This document shows, in pieces, positions 1-14,400 of a DNA stretch of 64,000 nucleotides (position 1 is its first letter; each line of letters opens with the position of its first letter). Location: NCBI GenBank assembly GCA_010405405.1, contig MU004231.1, positions 3,708,884 to 3,772,883 of the forward strand, in the 5' to 3' direction. A model generated the notes under the pieces. It made no database searches, had not been told where the DNA came from, and saw only the letters and a list, made by a program, of their open reading frames with translations. The stretch is from Microthyrium microscopicum (Eukaryota). The position numbers and the translations under genes are program-made.

Positions 1-2370
1 GGCAAGAAATGTCATGATATCAACAGAACACATTGTCTCAATTGCGGATACGATAGCACAATCTGAGGTGGTCACTGGGTGGATAACATGCTCACTTCTC
101 CGTACTCAAGCTGTCATCTTATGCCGCTTAACTAATAGGACGATGGTATTTCGATTTAAGTCTGACGCATTGCATCTTCAACCGTTATATACGAGTTGAC
201 CTGACTTTGAATTCTGTCGGCCAGGTCGGGCTGTGTCGTCTGCAGGATAGACGGAAGGCAAAAAGCAAACAAAACCTGGGGTCTGAACCTCTTTCGAACT
301 GGATGGCAGTCCATTCAGATTGCTTGCAACCCCAGCACACAGGGTTGTTCTCACTTGAAGCGCAAAAGCCGGTGCTAAACCCAGTGCTGTCTTGACTGGC
401 TCGAATCGACTAGGGGCTGTTGATCTGTCGATAGTTGCTTGATCGAATCGATTGCGGGACAGTTTTGCGTAAATCATAACCACGTTGACATCCTTGACAG
501 TTTATGAATTAGGTAGATCTTAAGAGGAGTCGCGAGGGTATACAAATTTGTGATGACCAAGAGTTTTCCAGGCAGTTATGGTTTTCCTCTACGTGTAGTA
601 TGGTAGATGATGGCAAAATCGAGTTTGATACACGTACAAGAACATGATATCAAGACAAAAAGGCTTCTAGAAGGCTAAAATATGTACAAATCGAGCCTCT
701 TGATCTTTGACCATGTCATCTCTAGATTATCCGGCTGGCAACAATGCAAGATGGTTTTGCTGTTGCGCGTTAGTAAGACATGGAACTTGATATTCACGTA
801 TCTCTGCGATGGTGTGAAGCTAAGCCATCGACAAACTTTCATACCCCAGGATCTACAGCTTCATCCGCATCTTGATGCGCACATACTTGTATAGGTTATC
901 GGACCGAATGGTTTCTTCCCGTCTAATTTGGATAGCAAGCCATATTAACTCCGGGTATATCTGTGCACCGAGAGGTGGCTATAGCTTTGTCGATGATTTT
1001 GATCTGCTATAATTCATGAGCCAATCTGGTGCCAAACACCTATCAAGCACTCAAATATTTAGAGTTCAGACTCACTGGCCAGTGTCTTAGAGACACGATC
1101 TCATGTAGTGTTAAGAATGGCGACTTAGAGTCTTGGACCATCTTGTGCTAATCCTAGCATCCTGCACGCCACCCAGTTAGTGATGCTGATCAAGTGAGTC
1201 TAGCAATTACCACTCTTACTCCTCCGTACTTCCGTAGCAGTATATGCAATGAATAATAAGATTTGAGTAGCAGATTGTAATACTGTACTTGGTCAAGATC
1301 TCCGAGACAACCTTCACTTTGACATCGATCGCAGTCAGAATAAGTACGGTAGTAGCGCTGACAACCCTGAAAACCGGGGATGGTACTACCGTATGTACAG
1401 CAAGAGGTTCTGATTGTGGAGTAAAGTTTGGCTTGGGCAATCATCATGGATCCATACAGGTAACGGCATGAACACTTTGCAAATTGACGCTAACGTGCTG
1501 CACGTCCCTTTACTAGCGCAAAGCAGGGGTCATTAGAGCTAAAAGCTGCTAAGGCCGTTTCTTTTCAAGTAATCTATCTGCAAAGTTGAGTCAGCAGCGG
1601 CCAGCCTCAATTCCATACCGGCTGGGTAAGATAATCCACTTAATGTCTTCCAAAGTTCCAATTGACTGAGCGACAACTCCATCCCAAGTTCCCAACTACT
1701 CACCGTTTCCACCAAAACCCCTCCAACCCTCTCTCCTCCACAATCCGCTCTCGTCTTCTTTCACAAGTCAGAATCTATATTCCTCTCTTCAACGCCCTCA
1801 GTACGCAAGGCTGATCCTGTTCAGCTACAGCCGTACTCTACCTGTTCTTCTCGCCCAGTCTTCGTCTCCATCGACCATACCCTACTGGGAGAGCCGCCCA
1901 ATCTCTCCTACTTGAACACGTCCTTCTAAAATACTGTCGCTGTGCTATTCCCCAATCCTAGAGAATAGACGAATCCCTGATCTGCTTAAGCGGGTCTTTC
2001 TTTTTTATTGTATGTCTACGAGTACCTATTCGTGGTGAAGTTGTCATGATCCATCCAGTACAACCGCTTTCACCAAAGTATGGTTAGCTAACTGTTTGGT
2101 GCTTTTAGACTGACAATTTACCTGCCATTCACGTTTCTCTGAGCCGAGGAAATGGCATTCACCTCCTAATCGATATGACGAATTCCCCAATCGGCTGAAT
2201 CAGCTTTCCGATATGGTCTGCACATCTCCCCTTCGCCAGCTTTTGCGCTCCATCGCAGGCTAGTAAACCCTACAATACGATTTCGGTAACTGAACTTCAT
2301 CTACGATTACATTTTAATGGATAGCGCATGAAACCTGGGGCTTTCGTATACATCACATCATTGTGCAAGT

Positions 2371-5300
2371 ATGGAAGCCGATGACACGACAAATGGCGGT
2401 GCTGCTGAGCAGCAAACCAAACAAACTATAAATTATGCGCCACCAGTCTCCGAAATATCGAACGTCTTACCCATAACAATGAATGAATCAGACAACCGCG
2501 ACGACACAACAGCTTCTATACCGGTTTCGGAGGACTATTTGCTTTTATTGGGACGCAGTGTGTCTGCTCTACCTACTCCCTCGATTTCTGATACCGACAA
2601 GACGCTGGGGCAACTTTCAGCCTCTGAAGGATTGGGCAGATCCTCATCTGTTAAAGTTTATAAATCAAGCATTGATACCGGTGACGAAACAGCCACGAAC
2701 TTTCCTCCTGCATTTCCTCAGAATTATTCTCATAATACCCGAACCTCGCACTCTGCTCAGCATTACATTTCACCCATCTCTGCGCCTACTCCTCTCAAAC
2801 CTCGGCCTGCCTCAAGCAAGCCATTGCATCACGCGGGCAGATCTGAAAGCCATCTTCATAATATTGATAACTTGCGATCGGTATCTGGAACAGACCCAAG
2901 GCTTGCTTCTGCTGCCAGCAGTCCGGGACTCTTCACTCCTACAGGGTCTCCCCTACGACCAGACTTTGCGCCATCAGACTCATCTGAGCCATATTCGAGT
3001 CCATATCTACATTATAGCCATGGACATGCCCCAAAAGAGTAAGAATGCATTCATCATCTAGATACAAGTGCTAATATTCCTAGAACCCACTTTGCCGAAG
3101 TTGACGTTGACCCAATCTCTGGCCGCAAACTCATCAACCACTACGAAATCATAAGCGAACTAGGACGCGGTGTTCACGGCAAAGTAAAGCTCGGCCGAAA
3201 TTTACATACCAGTCAACATGTTGCCATCAAAATCGTGGAAAGAATTTCGAAGAAGCGGCGACTTGGAAGGACCGGGGATCAAGAGGCAAAAATCAAGCAA
3301 GAGATTGCTATCCTGAAGAAAGCTCGTCACCCGAATATCGTCGGTCTCTTGGAAGTCATTGACGACCCTGCCAAGAAAAAAGTTTACATTGTCCTGGAGC
3401 ACGTTGAACTAGGTGAAGTGGAATGGCGCGTTCGAGGAAGGCCAGATATCTGCCTGGCTGAATATCGCAGAAACCAACGCGAGGCAAAAGGCCTGTTTGA
3501 TAAAGACCTCATCAAAGCCCAAGAAGACATCCCAGGAATGGCCCCGCATACCGTACAAAGTCTAGATGCAACTCATGATCTCCGGTTCGATGATGATTTC
3601 CTGGCGCCAACTGAGAACATTGGTCACTGGAGCTTGGAACTAGGTGGTGATTCGGAGGGCGAAGGCCTCGCTGATGAGAGCAATATGGAAACCGTAAAAC
3701 AACCTATTCAGCAGCTAAACCTCGTTTCTATTACCGCTGTGCAACCGCATCATACACCTCATCGGGTAACGGACCAATCTGGTGTGCCAGAACTCGTGCA
3801 GCAATCTGCGATAGAGGAGTCTATTGATCCATCTGGATCTCATCAACCTGCATCATCCGAGGCTACGCTTACGAATGAAACTGTGGCAAAGCCCGAAACA
3901 GATCATGCGCTGCAGCAAGAAAGGCTTGACACCTTTTCAAACAGGCCTCGTTCTGAGGAGTACCACACCGCACTGGAAGGAACCATGTACGGACCTTACG
4001 ACACCTCACATCACGATATAGAGCGAGGTCTGTTTGACAATATGCCCCTTCTGCGAGACGAGTACGCCGGTGAACGAATACCGGAACACTATCGTTTTGT
4101 ACCAACCATGACCTTACAGGACGCTCGGCGAACTATCCGTGATACGGTTCTGGGATTAGAGTATCTACATTATCAAGGGGTCATTCACCGCGATATCAAG
4201 CCAGCTAACTTGCTGCAAACAAAGGATCATCGAATCAAGATCTCGGATTTTGGAGTTTCATACCTTGGAAAAGCCGTGAACCAGGAGCAACCCAACGACG
4301 ATCAGTCAGAATCAGAAACTCCAGATATCGACGAAGCGCTGGAGCTCGCAAAGACTGTGGGCACTCCAGCTTTTTATGCGCCTGAGCTCTGTCAAACCGA
4401 CCTTGATGAAGATGTACCACCCGTCACTGGCCAAATTGACGTCTGGGCGTTAGGGGTGACTCTTTACTGTCTCGTCTTTGGTCGTGTGCCGTTCCATGAC
4501 AACAATACATTTGTACTCATGCGGCTCATCGCAGAAAAGGATGCGTATATACCACGTCGGCGATTGAAGGCCGTGGAGCGACCTGACTCGGACGTATATT
4601 CTCCAGACACACAGAACTCGTCTTCTAATAAAAGACAGCCGGATGCACTGGAATACGAAGAGGTTTCTGATGAGCTTTTTGACCTTCTGCGCCAGCTTCT
4701 TACCAAAGATCCTCGACAGCGAATCAAACTGCTTGAGGTCAAACATCACCCTTGGCTACTTTCTGGCATTCAGGACCCAGGTAGATGGATTGACGAATCT
4801 GATCCGTCCAGATTGACGCAAGGCAAGAAGATTGTGATCTCTAAGGAAGATGTGGACGTGGCAGTTGTTCCTTTCAACTTCAATGTTGGTGGTATTATCA
4901 ACTTTGGTCAAAGAGTAGGCCGGAAAATTGTTGGCGCTGTCACTGGCAAAAGTAGTTCGCGAAAACGTGCGAAAAGCAGCGCAGCCGATGCTGCTCCGTC
5001 ATCGAATGCTTCGTCTAGTTCAACCATCAGCCAAGACGCAAGACGTCAGGAACAGCGAAGACCCAGCCTCAGACCGGACGAGGTCCTCCATGCTCTAAAA
5101 GCATCTAGAGACACTGAACATCCTTTGTCTCATAGCGTCACTGCTAGTCCAGAGCTAAAACCTTATTCATTTTCTCTGCACAACGATAATCGACCAGAGT
5201 CTCCTACCGGACGTTATGATGGAATGCCATTTGCTTTTCATGAAAGACCAATCCATCTGGAGAGGGGAATGTCCGCAACAGGTTCTATCCGAACCATTAA

Positions 5301-6609
5301 ACAGAGTGACCTTGCTGCCTTGGCTGCTGCAGGTGCTTCCAATGCTCCTGGTCGCCCGCAGACACCTCAAACTGACGGGTCATCCACAGGACTCAGTGTA
5401 ATTCTTGGAGATGCAAAGAAGAAGATTTTAAAAGGTTTTCGAAGCCGCGAGTTTTCCGGTCGTGAAAGAGGATCCACCGGGGATCTATCTTCCCATGAAG
5501 ATGAAATATTGCGCGCAGGCCCAAGCCTAGCTTATAGCAATGCTCTTGCTTCTGGGCAAGTTCATCCTCCAAAGGTCCTTCAGGATGGCCACATGACTGC
5601 CAGATCTGCGGCTGCAAGCCCCGTGTCATCCAGGACACCATCTCTTGGAGGTCTGGGGGATTTCTCTGGGACTAAGAGTTCAAGCGATTCCATCTCGCGG
5701 CAGTCATCGCTATCATCAGTTGCTTCTAGAAGTATCTATCCTGAGTCTCATCCCCTTCACTACTTCCCAAACTCTGCTTGGCTTCCATTGTTGGGCGACG
5801 CGCCCGATGAGCGCTCCGCTTCCAGAATGAGTTCAATCTCCGCACCCGCCTCAAATGAAGATGAGCTTGCTCGTGCGAAAAACCAGCAACAGCGTCGACT
5901 CATTCTTGACCAAAAGATTGCACAGGCTCCCATGGATCAGCATACACCATCTATGCTACAAGTAGAATGCCCGCCAAGTCCTGACGATATATCGGACGCA
6001 TATTCAAGCACAATTCGGCCACGTGGACCTCTCTCGGAAGTCTCGCTTGGCGATGCCTCTACAGCCTACAAGGGACCTGTCGCCTCACAAATGGTCAATA
6101 GCTACTCAGATGACCAGTTCATGAGCAACATATCGCAGTCAACGTCGAACCCGTCACTCCCTTCTGCATATAGTGTAACCTCCAGTCTTGCTGCCGAAGA
6201 TCCAACCCATTATACGATTATTCCACCGAAGAGTGTCGCCTCTGATGAGAGCCACAAAACTAATCATAATCATCGTGACGCTGACCAATCGCGCGAATTT
6301 GACTACCGGCGTCCAGTGGACCAGCGACGAGAAGATGACTATCCACGCGAAGACGATGATGGCTACACTGTTGAGGATGCTCTCGACGATGGCGACGATT
6401 CTGACGGTTCTTTCATTGAAATGACCACCAAAAGGAGGCCTGCTGCGCGTCACAGTCGTAGTATCAGCTTGGTCAATCCAGCTCAGAGATCATCTGCCCG
6501 ACCATCCTCTGGCACTTTAGCTACTTCCGCGAATGACAGGCGAGGGAGCACGAACACCATGAAGGATGCTCCAAGTCAATCGGGAACTGATTCCACGACC
6601 ACTAGCTGA
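2371..6609 (+). CDS. CaMKK-family Ser/Thr kinase (Sak1/Pak1/Ssp1-like, Snf1/AMPK upstream kinase); exons 2371-3038, 3084-6609
   Basis: Intron 3039-3083 (GTAAGA..CTAAT..TAG) joins the ORFs into ETHFAEVDVDPISGRKLINHYEIISELGRGVHGKVKLG. Kinase motifs VAIK, HRDIKPANLL, DFG, GTPAFYAPE and DVWALG are present, with a long insert in the kinase domain. Possible 5'UTR intron at 2010-2108. Confidence 0.92.
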
Positions 6610-7809
6610 AAACCACCCCTCAGCCTTTCATCGTTTCATCAATGGGCTTTTGTTACGCAAGCTCTACGAAGTCACAACCATATACATAAGACATCTTTGG
6701 CATATTCATCTACATGCTTTCCGGCGTCTCCTCTCTTCTGTACTTCCATTGTACGATTTTAATATTATGCACGAATATCGACCTGTCATATCGGATCTCT
6801 TGAAACTATCATCTCAGCATGTGTCTTTTCCTTGCCCTTGACATTTTTTTATTGGGCTTCTTCATTCATCTCTTCTACGGATTATCAAAACTTTAGCGCA
6901 TGAGCAAAAGTTGTTCTCTCACGAGATACTTTTCACGCATTTGTGAAGGGAGCCTTGATAGCCTTGTCCAATGTCGAAAAGCTTATGCATTTGTAATTCA
7001 GCATTGGCGACTGAAATACGAGCGTTGAAAACTATCAAAAACGTCTTTGATGAATATGCATTGTGTTATTCCACGGAGGTTCATTTTCTCGCTGTTCTCG
7101 GTTTCCATCTTCCTACAGGAACTACGGAATACATTTAACCGTGTTTTTGTTACGCCTCATGTCGTCTTCATCTCATCGACTTCTCTTTGAACCAGCAAGC
7201 GAATTGTTGAGCTTTTCTCGTTACTGCCCTTCTCCCCTTTTGGTGTCAATGAACTCCAAAAATCTCTCCTGGGCGGCAAAAATTCAGACTCTTCAAAAGA
7301 AAATGCTCATTTGGCCAAAAGAGGAACGAAGGCTGCTGTTTCTCGATTATCACGAAACTCCTTTCTTTTTGTTCTATGATATGCTTGGGCTGGAATATTG
7401 ATGAGATGAAACATTCCGAGACGGTCGCTCGATTCTCTTATACATGAGTAGTTATGCCCCTTCGAATCTCGGGGAATTGAAGACCTTGTAGTTATATAGC
7501 AATTCTAAACTGCTTTTCTGCATTCAATTATTGATCATTGACTCTTATGTCTGTGAAGTCTTCTCATGTTGGTTGCTTCCAACAACCTCATCCCGACGCT
7601 ATATCAATATGTGATTGATGTCAGAGAAGCATCAGGCGGGTTCTTGATATGTTTCAGGCACCATCCGAGTGAACGCTCGCCGATGCAAAGCAGTTTTTGC
7701 TGATGGTTGATCTACTCGTATCGGCTTCTTCAGGGCGCATGGACACGATGGTCGTTCCAAGCAATATATCATCGTCCTCCGGGTACGGCGTGGCAAGCTC
7801 ATTACTTTC

Positions 7810-8318
7810 TTACTCGCCCCGTTCTTCAGCTTCTTTCGCCCTGTCTCCGAATGTATACGCCAAGCCGCACCCGACAACATTTACCGCACACAATCCTAGT
7901 GTCGCGCCACGGATCACACCTCGCGTTGAGAAAAACTTTTGTCGTAACCTCTGTAATAACTTGTCAACCTTTTTTCAATCGCGCATGCTAAGCGCATTTC
8001 GTTCATACCTGTTGTCGCCGTGAAGCCAGCAGTATATATAGACCACTTAATCCTGCTGTTATACCTCCAGCATCCTTCTTGTAGCCTGCGGCTCCTACAT
8101 ATGCGGATCCGAGAAGCGCGACTGGGAAGAATATGCCACCGATGACTTGGAGGGGTTTGAGATGTTGAGAAGCGATTAAAGAGGCTTGTATTACGGGTAT
8201 GAAGGAGTTTTCTGGAGGGATTGAGCTTTTGGGTGTTGGTTCATTGATTTATGCATGACGTACCTCCCCATTTTTTGAGGGTGTGAACGGCGCTGTCTTG
8301 AGGCGGAGGCGTAGACAT
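7810..8318 (-). CDS. Small conserved membrane protein, Aim19-like (132 aa); exons 8318-8264, 8211-8009, 7950-7810
   Basis: Manual splicing of GTACGT..CAG and GTATGA..CAG introns gives MSTPPPQDSAVHTLKKWGENSFIPVIQASLIASQHLKPLQ...GYKKDAGGITAGLSGLYILLASRRQQ...RGVIRGATLGLCAVNVVGCGLAY. Not resolved by the ORF track. Confidence 0.75.
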
Positions 8319-8639
8319 TTTAATTATACTCGAGAGATGTAAGTAGATCAGAGTGAAGAGATTAAAAGGAAGTGATCGTATAATGAAAGGCAAGAAAGCT
8401 AAAAGTGACGTGAAGACTGAAGACTGGATGAATTGGAGCTGTCTCAAAACCATGAAATAGTCTTAGCGCGCGGCTATGACCAAACTACTTTCGTCCAAGC
8501 ATCTGGACACTATCAACATCTGTTACTATCACCAACTTTCCACCAAACCAACCCGCCCAATCCGCATCACCAATAACGATAAGCTTCCATTCTACACCAT
8601 ATCCCGTCGCAGAACATATCCATCCACACAAATTCTCGA

Positions 8640-9768
8640 ATGTCTGCCCGCGCAAGCGGCACCGACAAGGGCTCCTCCGCCAACGGCGACGCCCGCCCAC
8701 GCAACCACCACGACGGCAGTTCTGGCCGCGCCTACACCATCGACCAAAAGGCCGCCGTCCTACGCGTCCGCCGCTGCAGTCCCACCGCCTTTTACGACAT
8801 TCTCGGTCTCGAATCCTCACGCACGACGTGTTCAGAAGGCGAGATCAAGAAGGCATATCGCAAACTCTCGCTGCTCACACATCCGGACAAGAATGGCTAT
8901 GATGGCGCGGATGAGGCATTCAAGATGGTGTCAAGGGCCTTTCAGGTGCTGAGCGATGCGGATAAAAAGGCAAAGTTTGATCGCTTTGGGGGAGATCCGG
9001 AGAGTCGGCAGGCGCAGGCGCAGGCGAGCTCGCCGTTTAGTGGGTTTGCGGGTCGGCAGGGCGGTGGGGGGAGCTCAATGTTTGATGATGGGCCGGAGAT
9101 TTCGCCGGAGGAGTTGTTTAGACAGTTCTTTGGGGGCGGTGGTGGTGGTGGGTTCCCTGGGTTTGGTAAGTGCTGTCAGAGTATACGATAGTAGGGAGTC
9201 GTGCTAATGTTGGTGTCGCGTAGGTTTCGAGACTGGACCACAATTCGTTTTCAATATGGGTGGACCAGGTGGTGTTAGAGTCACGCATTTCGGAGGCGGC
9301 GGTCCTCGAAGAAGACCTCGTCAAGCTGGTCAAGAAGAGGAACCAGCACCGCTTCTCAACACCCTTTTCCAGCTGCTCCCACTTTTACTCCTATTTGTCC
9401 TCCCTCTTCTCTCCTCCTTATTCAGCGGGTCCTCGGCTTATGGACCGACATTCCGAACCGACCAAAGCGTGTCTCCTCACACGAAAAAGCTCGTCTCAAC
9501 CACAATTAGCCAGCCTTACTGGGTCAACCCCAACGACTTTGAAGGCCTTTCAAAGAGCCAAAGAAAAGATCTCAACCATAAAGCAGAAATCAGAATCGTA
9601 ACAGAAACACGGAACCGATGCCAATTTGAGCGTCAAGAGCAAGAAGAGCTATTCCAAGAAGCACAAGGGTGGTTTTCAACAGACGAGGTAAAGTTCGCCA
9701 AAGCTAAAGCATTACCCATGAAGAACTGCAAGAAGATAAACGACTGGGCGCATAGGGGTATCATATGA
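8640..9768 (+). CDS. HLJ1: ER membrane DnaJ co-chaperone (Hlj1/DNAJB12 type, J domain + TM + DUF1977); intron 9166-9223
   Basis: J domain FYDILGL..EIKKAYRKLSLLTHPDKN, G/F-rich region ISPEELFRQFFGGG, TM helix LFQLLPLLLLFVLPLLSSLF, and a C-terminal Cys pair. Confidence 0.9.
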
Positions 9769-9905
9769 GTTCTTCTCGTTTTGCATAGCATTGGCGAATT
9801 GGTACATAGTTCTTCTTACACTTTTTATAATGGCATATGAACTGCATATATTCCACCACAGCTCTTTTCTACCTCTCCTAGATCTCATCCCAAATCCGTT
9901 ACTTC

Positions 9906-10946
9906 TCATGCTAACACACACTGTTTACCCGTCGCCACAAAACTATCATGAAAATCAACTTCAATAGCTTTCTTATCCACCTCCCCAGGCCGTCGACACG
10001 AAACTATATACCTCCCACCATCTTCCTCCTTCTTTTCACCCTCCACAGCCGGCCGTATCCTCACACAATCATCCCATCTACTACTCCACCCAGCCACCAT
10101 CTTCCCACCAAACAACCTCCCCATCCCCTCTACATATATCCGCGCGCTCCGCGGCCCAAGCCCCATCGTGCCTTTTGTCCCACAGTAGTACACCACCACC
10201 CGCTTCACGCTCTTCAATCCATAGCCTAGTGCCGCCACGGCCGCTACCACTGGCGCGACTCGTGTCTCAACAAAATCTCGTGTCCCGGGCGTGGGATGAT
10301 TGGACCCGTTACAAGTACATAGTTGGAGATATACATCTTCAATGTCCAACTCTAGAGGTGAAAGAACGCCGGCGGATAGCCAGGTTTCTAGCTGTGCTAT
10401 GCTAGGCAGGGCGGTGATATAATCTCTTAGCACAAGATCACGGACACCGAGACGTTGGAGATGAGTTGGTGGTATTGAAGCTAGACGCGTATGTTGCAGC
10501 GGGAGCGTTGGTATGTTGCTGGGCACGAGGAGAGCGGTGCGGTGCAGAAGGGGTCGGGTTTCGTGGAATATTTGGCGCGATACTAGGAGGAGGGCGGATT
10601 CGGGGGTTAGACCTTTGTCGGATTGGATTGCGTGGAGTCGGATTAGTGTGTGGTGGGCGTTGATTGAGTGGGCGGCGGCGGAGGGTCGGTGGATGGGTGT
10701 GGTGAAGAGATGGCTGTAGATGAGGAGACGGATTTCAGCCGGACAGCCTAGGGGGGAGGCGGATGGGTATTCGATTTCGGAATAGGGGATGTCTTGAGGT
10801 GTGAAGCGTAGGGTGGTGCGAGGAGGTGGTGGAGTAGTGTAAGCTGGTTTGAACAGGTCGCTGATGTCGCCCATGAAGCTTTTCGGTCGAGCGGTTGCGT
10901 TTAATTTGTCTATAATGCGGGTATAAAGTCTGGGTTTTCTGGGCAT
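9906..10946 (-). CDS. Hypothetical fungal protein with F-box-like 'PAEIRLLIY' motif
   Basis: Open frame of about 346 codons from ATG 10946. Contains SPLGCPAEIRLLIYSHLF and ALLLVSRQIFHET motifs typical of lineage-expanded ascomycete F-box-like proteins. Confidence 0.7.
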   Translation of the reverse strand: MPRKPRLYTRIIDKLNATARPKSFMGDISDLFKPAYTTPPPPRTTLRFTPQDIPYSEIEYPSASPLGCPAEIRLLIYSHLFTTPIHRPSAAAHSINAHHTLIRLHAIQSDKGLTPESALLLVSRQIFHETRPLLHRTALLVPSNIPTLPLQHTRLASIPPTHLQRLGVRDLVLRDYITALPSIAQLETWLSAGVLSPLELDIEDVYLQLCTCNGSNHPTPGTRDFVETRVAPVVAAVAALGYGLKSVKRVVVYYCGTKGTMGLGPRSARIYVEGMGRLFGGKMVAGWSSRWDDCVRIRPAVEGEKKEEDGGRYIVSCRRPGEVDKKAIEVDFHDSFVATGKQCVLA

Positions 10947-11407
10947 GGTGATCACGATGGTAGTTGGTAATAGAAGTTTTGGTGTTGAAGCTTTAGACAC
11001 TTCAAAATTCGATCGTGACGGCAGGAGCTTGAACTTATATATTCATGAGGCCTATGAGTCCTGTATTGCTCCGCCTGGATCAAGTATCAAAAGTAAACAT
11101 GTATAGATGATAGTGGTTGAAAACGAGGTTAACAGAGTGCTCAGCCTCGCTAACTATCCAACGCCCTCAATAGTTGAGCACAATGCGTTCCCTAAGGCGT
11201 ATAGATCAATAACACTTCTTGGCATTAGCGTACAGCCCAAGCTACAGCAGAAATCAATCTCGTGGAGTCAGAATAATCGATTTATAATGATAATTATCAC
11301 AATCACTTCTATCAATTCAACGCGTGCGCAAACACGTCATTCAACACCTGCTTAGAGGCAGCGAGCGCATTCAAACACGCCCGTTTGATGCGACCAGCCT
11401 GATCAGC

Positions 11408-14400
11408 CTAATTACCTGACAAGTCCATCTTATCAGCGCCATCATCACCAGCTGAGTGCATCGTATCAAACTTGCGCTTCTTCGCCTCCGCCTTGAACTC
11501 AGCAATGCGTGCCTTCATCGCCATGTCAGGAATAACTTCTTCAATCTTCAGTGGCACACGATTGAATGGATCATGTGGATCGCTTAACAAATGGCTCCGA
11601 ATAGTGCTACGATCCACCGTAGTACGGCTAGACGGCAATATCACTGGATCTTCCATGAGCGTAGCCAGAATGGGATCGAGGAGATCATCTGGGATCTCTC
11701 CAAGGTCTTCTTCAGCCTGTTCCTCGGCTTCTTTGACGGCGGCAACGTTTCCGGCGAATTCGCGCCATGTCTTGAGCTCTTCAGGAGATTTTAGTGAGCC
11801 AGCCATGTTTTCCATAATTTCGGCAGCGTGCTCAAAGTTGTATGGTTTGTAAGAGCGGCCATCTCGCGCGACCGCAAGCTGGAAGTTGGTTTGGTCTTTG
11901 AGATTGATATAAACTGACATAAGATCGGCAAGGAGAAGAGCGGGTTTGAAGGCGTATTGGTCTGGATCGGTCACTTTCAGGTTTTTTTGCTTAGGACCAA
12001 CCATAGATTCGAGATTGTAGTCCAACATGTCTGCTAGTCGTTGGACGATTTCGGGCATGGTGAAGGCTGGAGCCAATACCTCGGTGAACATCTTGAGCAT
12101 AGAGACCGTTTCGTTCGTCAGCTGCATGTTAGCCTTTGCTTTTGACTGGAACTCTTCAAGTTGGCTTTGTTTGTCTTGCTTCTCCTGTTCAGTGAACTCC
12201 GTGTTACGTGCAAGCTCTTCTTGAATGTCATGTATCTTTTGAAATGCCGAGAATGATTCACCCAAAACGTAGGTAACATCATTCAACAAAAGATTAACGA
12301 ATCGAATGAAAAAGTCGGTATGTACTTTGGATTCGATGTCCAGGTTTTGGCGGTAGATGGAATTGCCCCAGATTGCTCGAATGACCTGGAAGATTTCGTA
12401 CCGAATATTGAACTTGTCGTAGAACTGGTTATGTGTTCCGGTGCTTTCAGCTTCGATGTAGAACTTCATCAAAGAGTGCAGCAGATGCTTGTTGCAAAAT
12501 TTGGACCCGTTGAGCAAGTCTCCGAGAACGCCCTTAGCCCGTCCCCTAAACGGCCACACTCCGTGGTAAAGAATACTGATAAGTCCTGATTTGAGGTATG
12601 GATTCTTGATGAACTCGGAACTTCGAAGAAATGTGATGCAAACGGTGACTAGCTCTTCGCACTGTGTTGAAGGAATGATATGAGGCATCTGGCCTGTGAC
12701 AAATTTGAAGTTGTCAACGATATCCTCGATGAAGTATTCTGGCAAGCACCGGAATACCAACGGTTGTTCTTCAGCTAGGGGTAGTGTGATCTCCTTTTTT
12801 GGATATTGCGATTCGGGTTGGATTAGGCGTAAAACCCAGGCGATGGTATATCTCATGAGTTGCATTGAGCGTTGCTGAGCAAGCTCGTCCAGCAAAATAC
12901 CCTGGACAGCTTTTATGACTGATCGACTCCGTTCCAAGTTGTCTTTATAGCGCTTGACATGTTCGTCAAAGACCTGAAGCTGTCGCGGATTCTTTGATCC
13001 ATTAGTGATTAGAACTAGGCGGTGGGAAGGATGAACTCACTCCCATGTATTTTGGCCGATCAGCTTCCAGCTTGGCTAACTGTCGTTCAATATGCTTGAT
13101 TTCCCGCTGCATGTGAGTGATCTGTGAGTTTGCTGCCTCGGTGCCGTAGTGATGAGCGGCAATAGTTAAAAAGAATATTTCGGAGATGAAATTGTTGGTG
13201 CCCTCAGCTTTTTGGGCATAAAAGTCGTCCGATGTTTTCTGGTCCGCGTTAATCTTCGTCTCGTCTGTGATATCAACTCGAGGTGATCTTCGTAAATAGT
13301 CAACATCAATTCGATCGAGTTTGGAGAATGTAGAATCCATGAAAGGTTCACAGAGGCGATCCAATATAGAAGTGACGTTTATCATGAAGCCGTCTGATGA
13401 AACGATCTTTTGATCTACATACGTGGCGCGACGCTTGTGATTCTTGTTCACTATCATGGCGAACCAATCCAGTAGTGGCTCTCGAGCTTTTGCCTTCTTT
13501 ACCAGACAATTTGTGATGCTCAACAACTCATCTTGATGTGTGCGAAGAGTTAGTCGAACCGAGTTCTGGTTATTAGCAACGAAGCCGTCTCCCTGAGCTT
13601 GAGCACCGCGGAAGTAGCTTTCCGCTACAGCACCATTAATGGGACTCAATGCAAAGAAAGGCCCTAGGAGGGTCTGCGTCTCAATGTCTTGTGGCTCAAT
13701 ATCCTTAGGCAAGAACTTGGGTGATTCTGTGATTGCCGCGGCCAACTCTTGATGTCGTAAGAAGCCTATGAATGCAGCTACGTATGGTTTGAAGTTGTCG
13801 TTCATAGTGAGTTTTGATAGCTCCTCGCTGAGCTGTTCTATCGCTGTAATCAGAGCTTCTTTAATAGACTCGTCCTCTTCGAATCTCAGTACAGCCTCCC
13901 CGAGGAACTCGATGCATATACCCGAGTCGCTCTCCGGGTCGCGTAGGAGATATGGAAGAAGTGGGCTTCGTTTAGTCGGTTCGACACCAAACATGTCCGG
14001 CATTGTTATCGCGAATATGCAATAGCTCATGCATAACCGCTTGGCCTCCTTTAGAGTCAGAGTCTTTGGATCTTTTGCGTCACCGCTCTTAACCATGCGC
14101 AAAGCTCGCAAGACTCGTTTCCAGCATCCTAGAAGATAGCCTAGAGGCTTCTTATCCGGTGTGTTTGAAGCGGCTTCGATAATCGCCCCATCCAGCACTT
14201 CGGTGGTAAGCTGTAGTGGTAGACCCGAGTCCTCCAACTCCGATTTCACCCCAGAGACGTATAACAAGCGGTTTCCAGCGGCGTCGGTCTTTTGCTCTGG
14301 TCGCAGCGATATCCGGAATATTTGCGATAATGTTCGGTCCGCCCATGTCTCTAGAGACTCTGCATTCACGTTCGATCGAGGCCGTGGAGGAGGCTGGCTT

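Noticed and set aside
1..1480. Short Cys-rich ORFs and intron-like segments on the minus strand upstream of the kinase
   Set aside because: No splice combination I tried gave a long or recognisable protein; cannot be supported as a gene.
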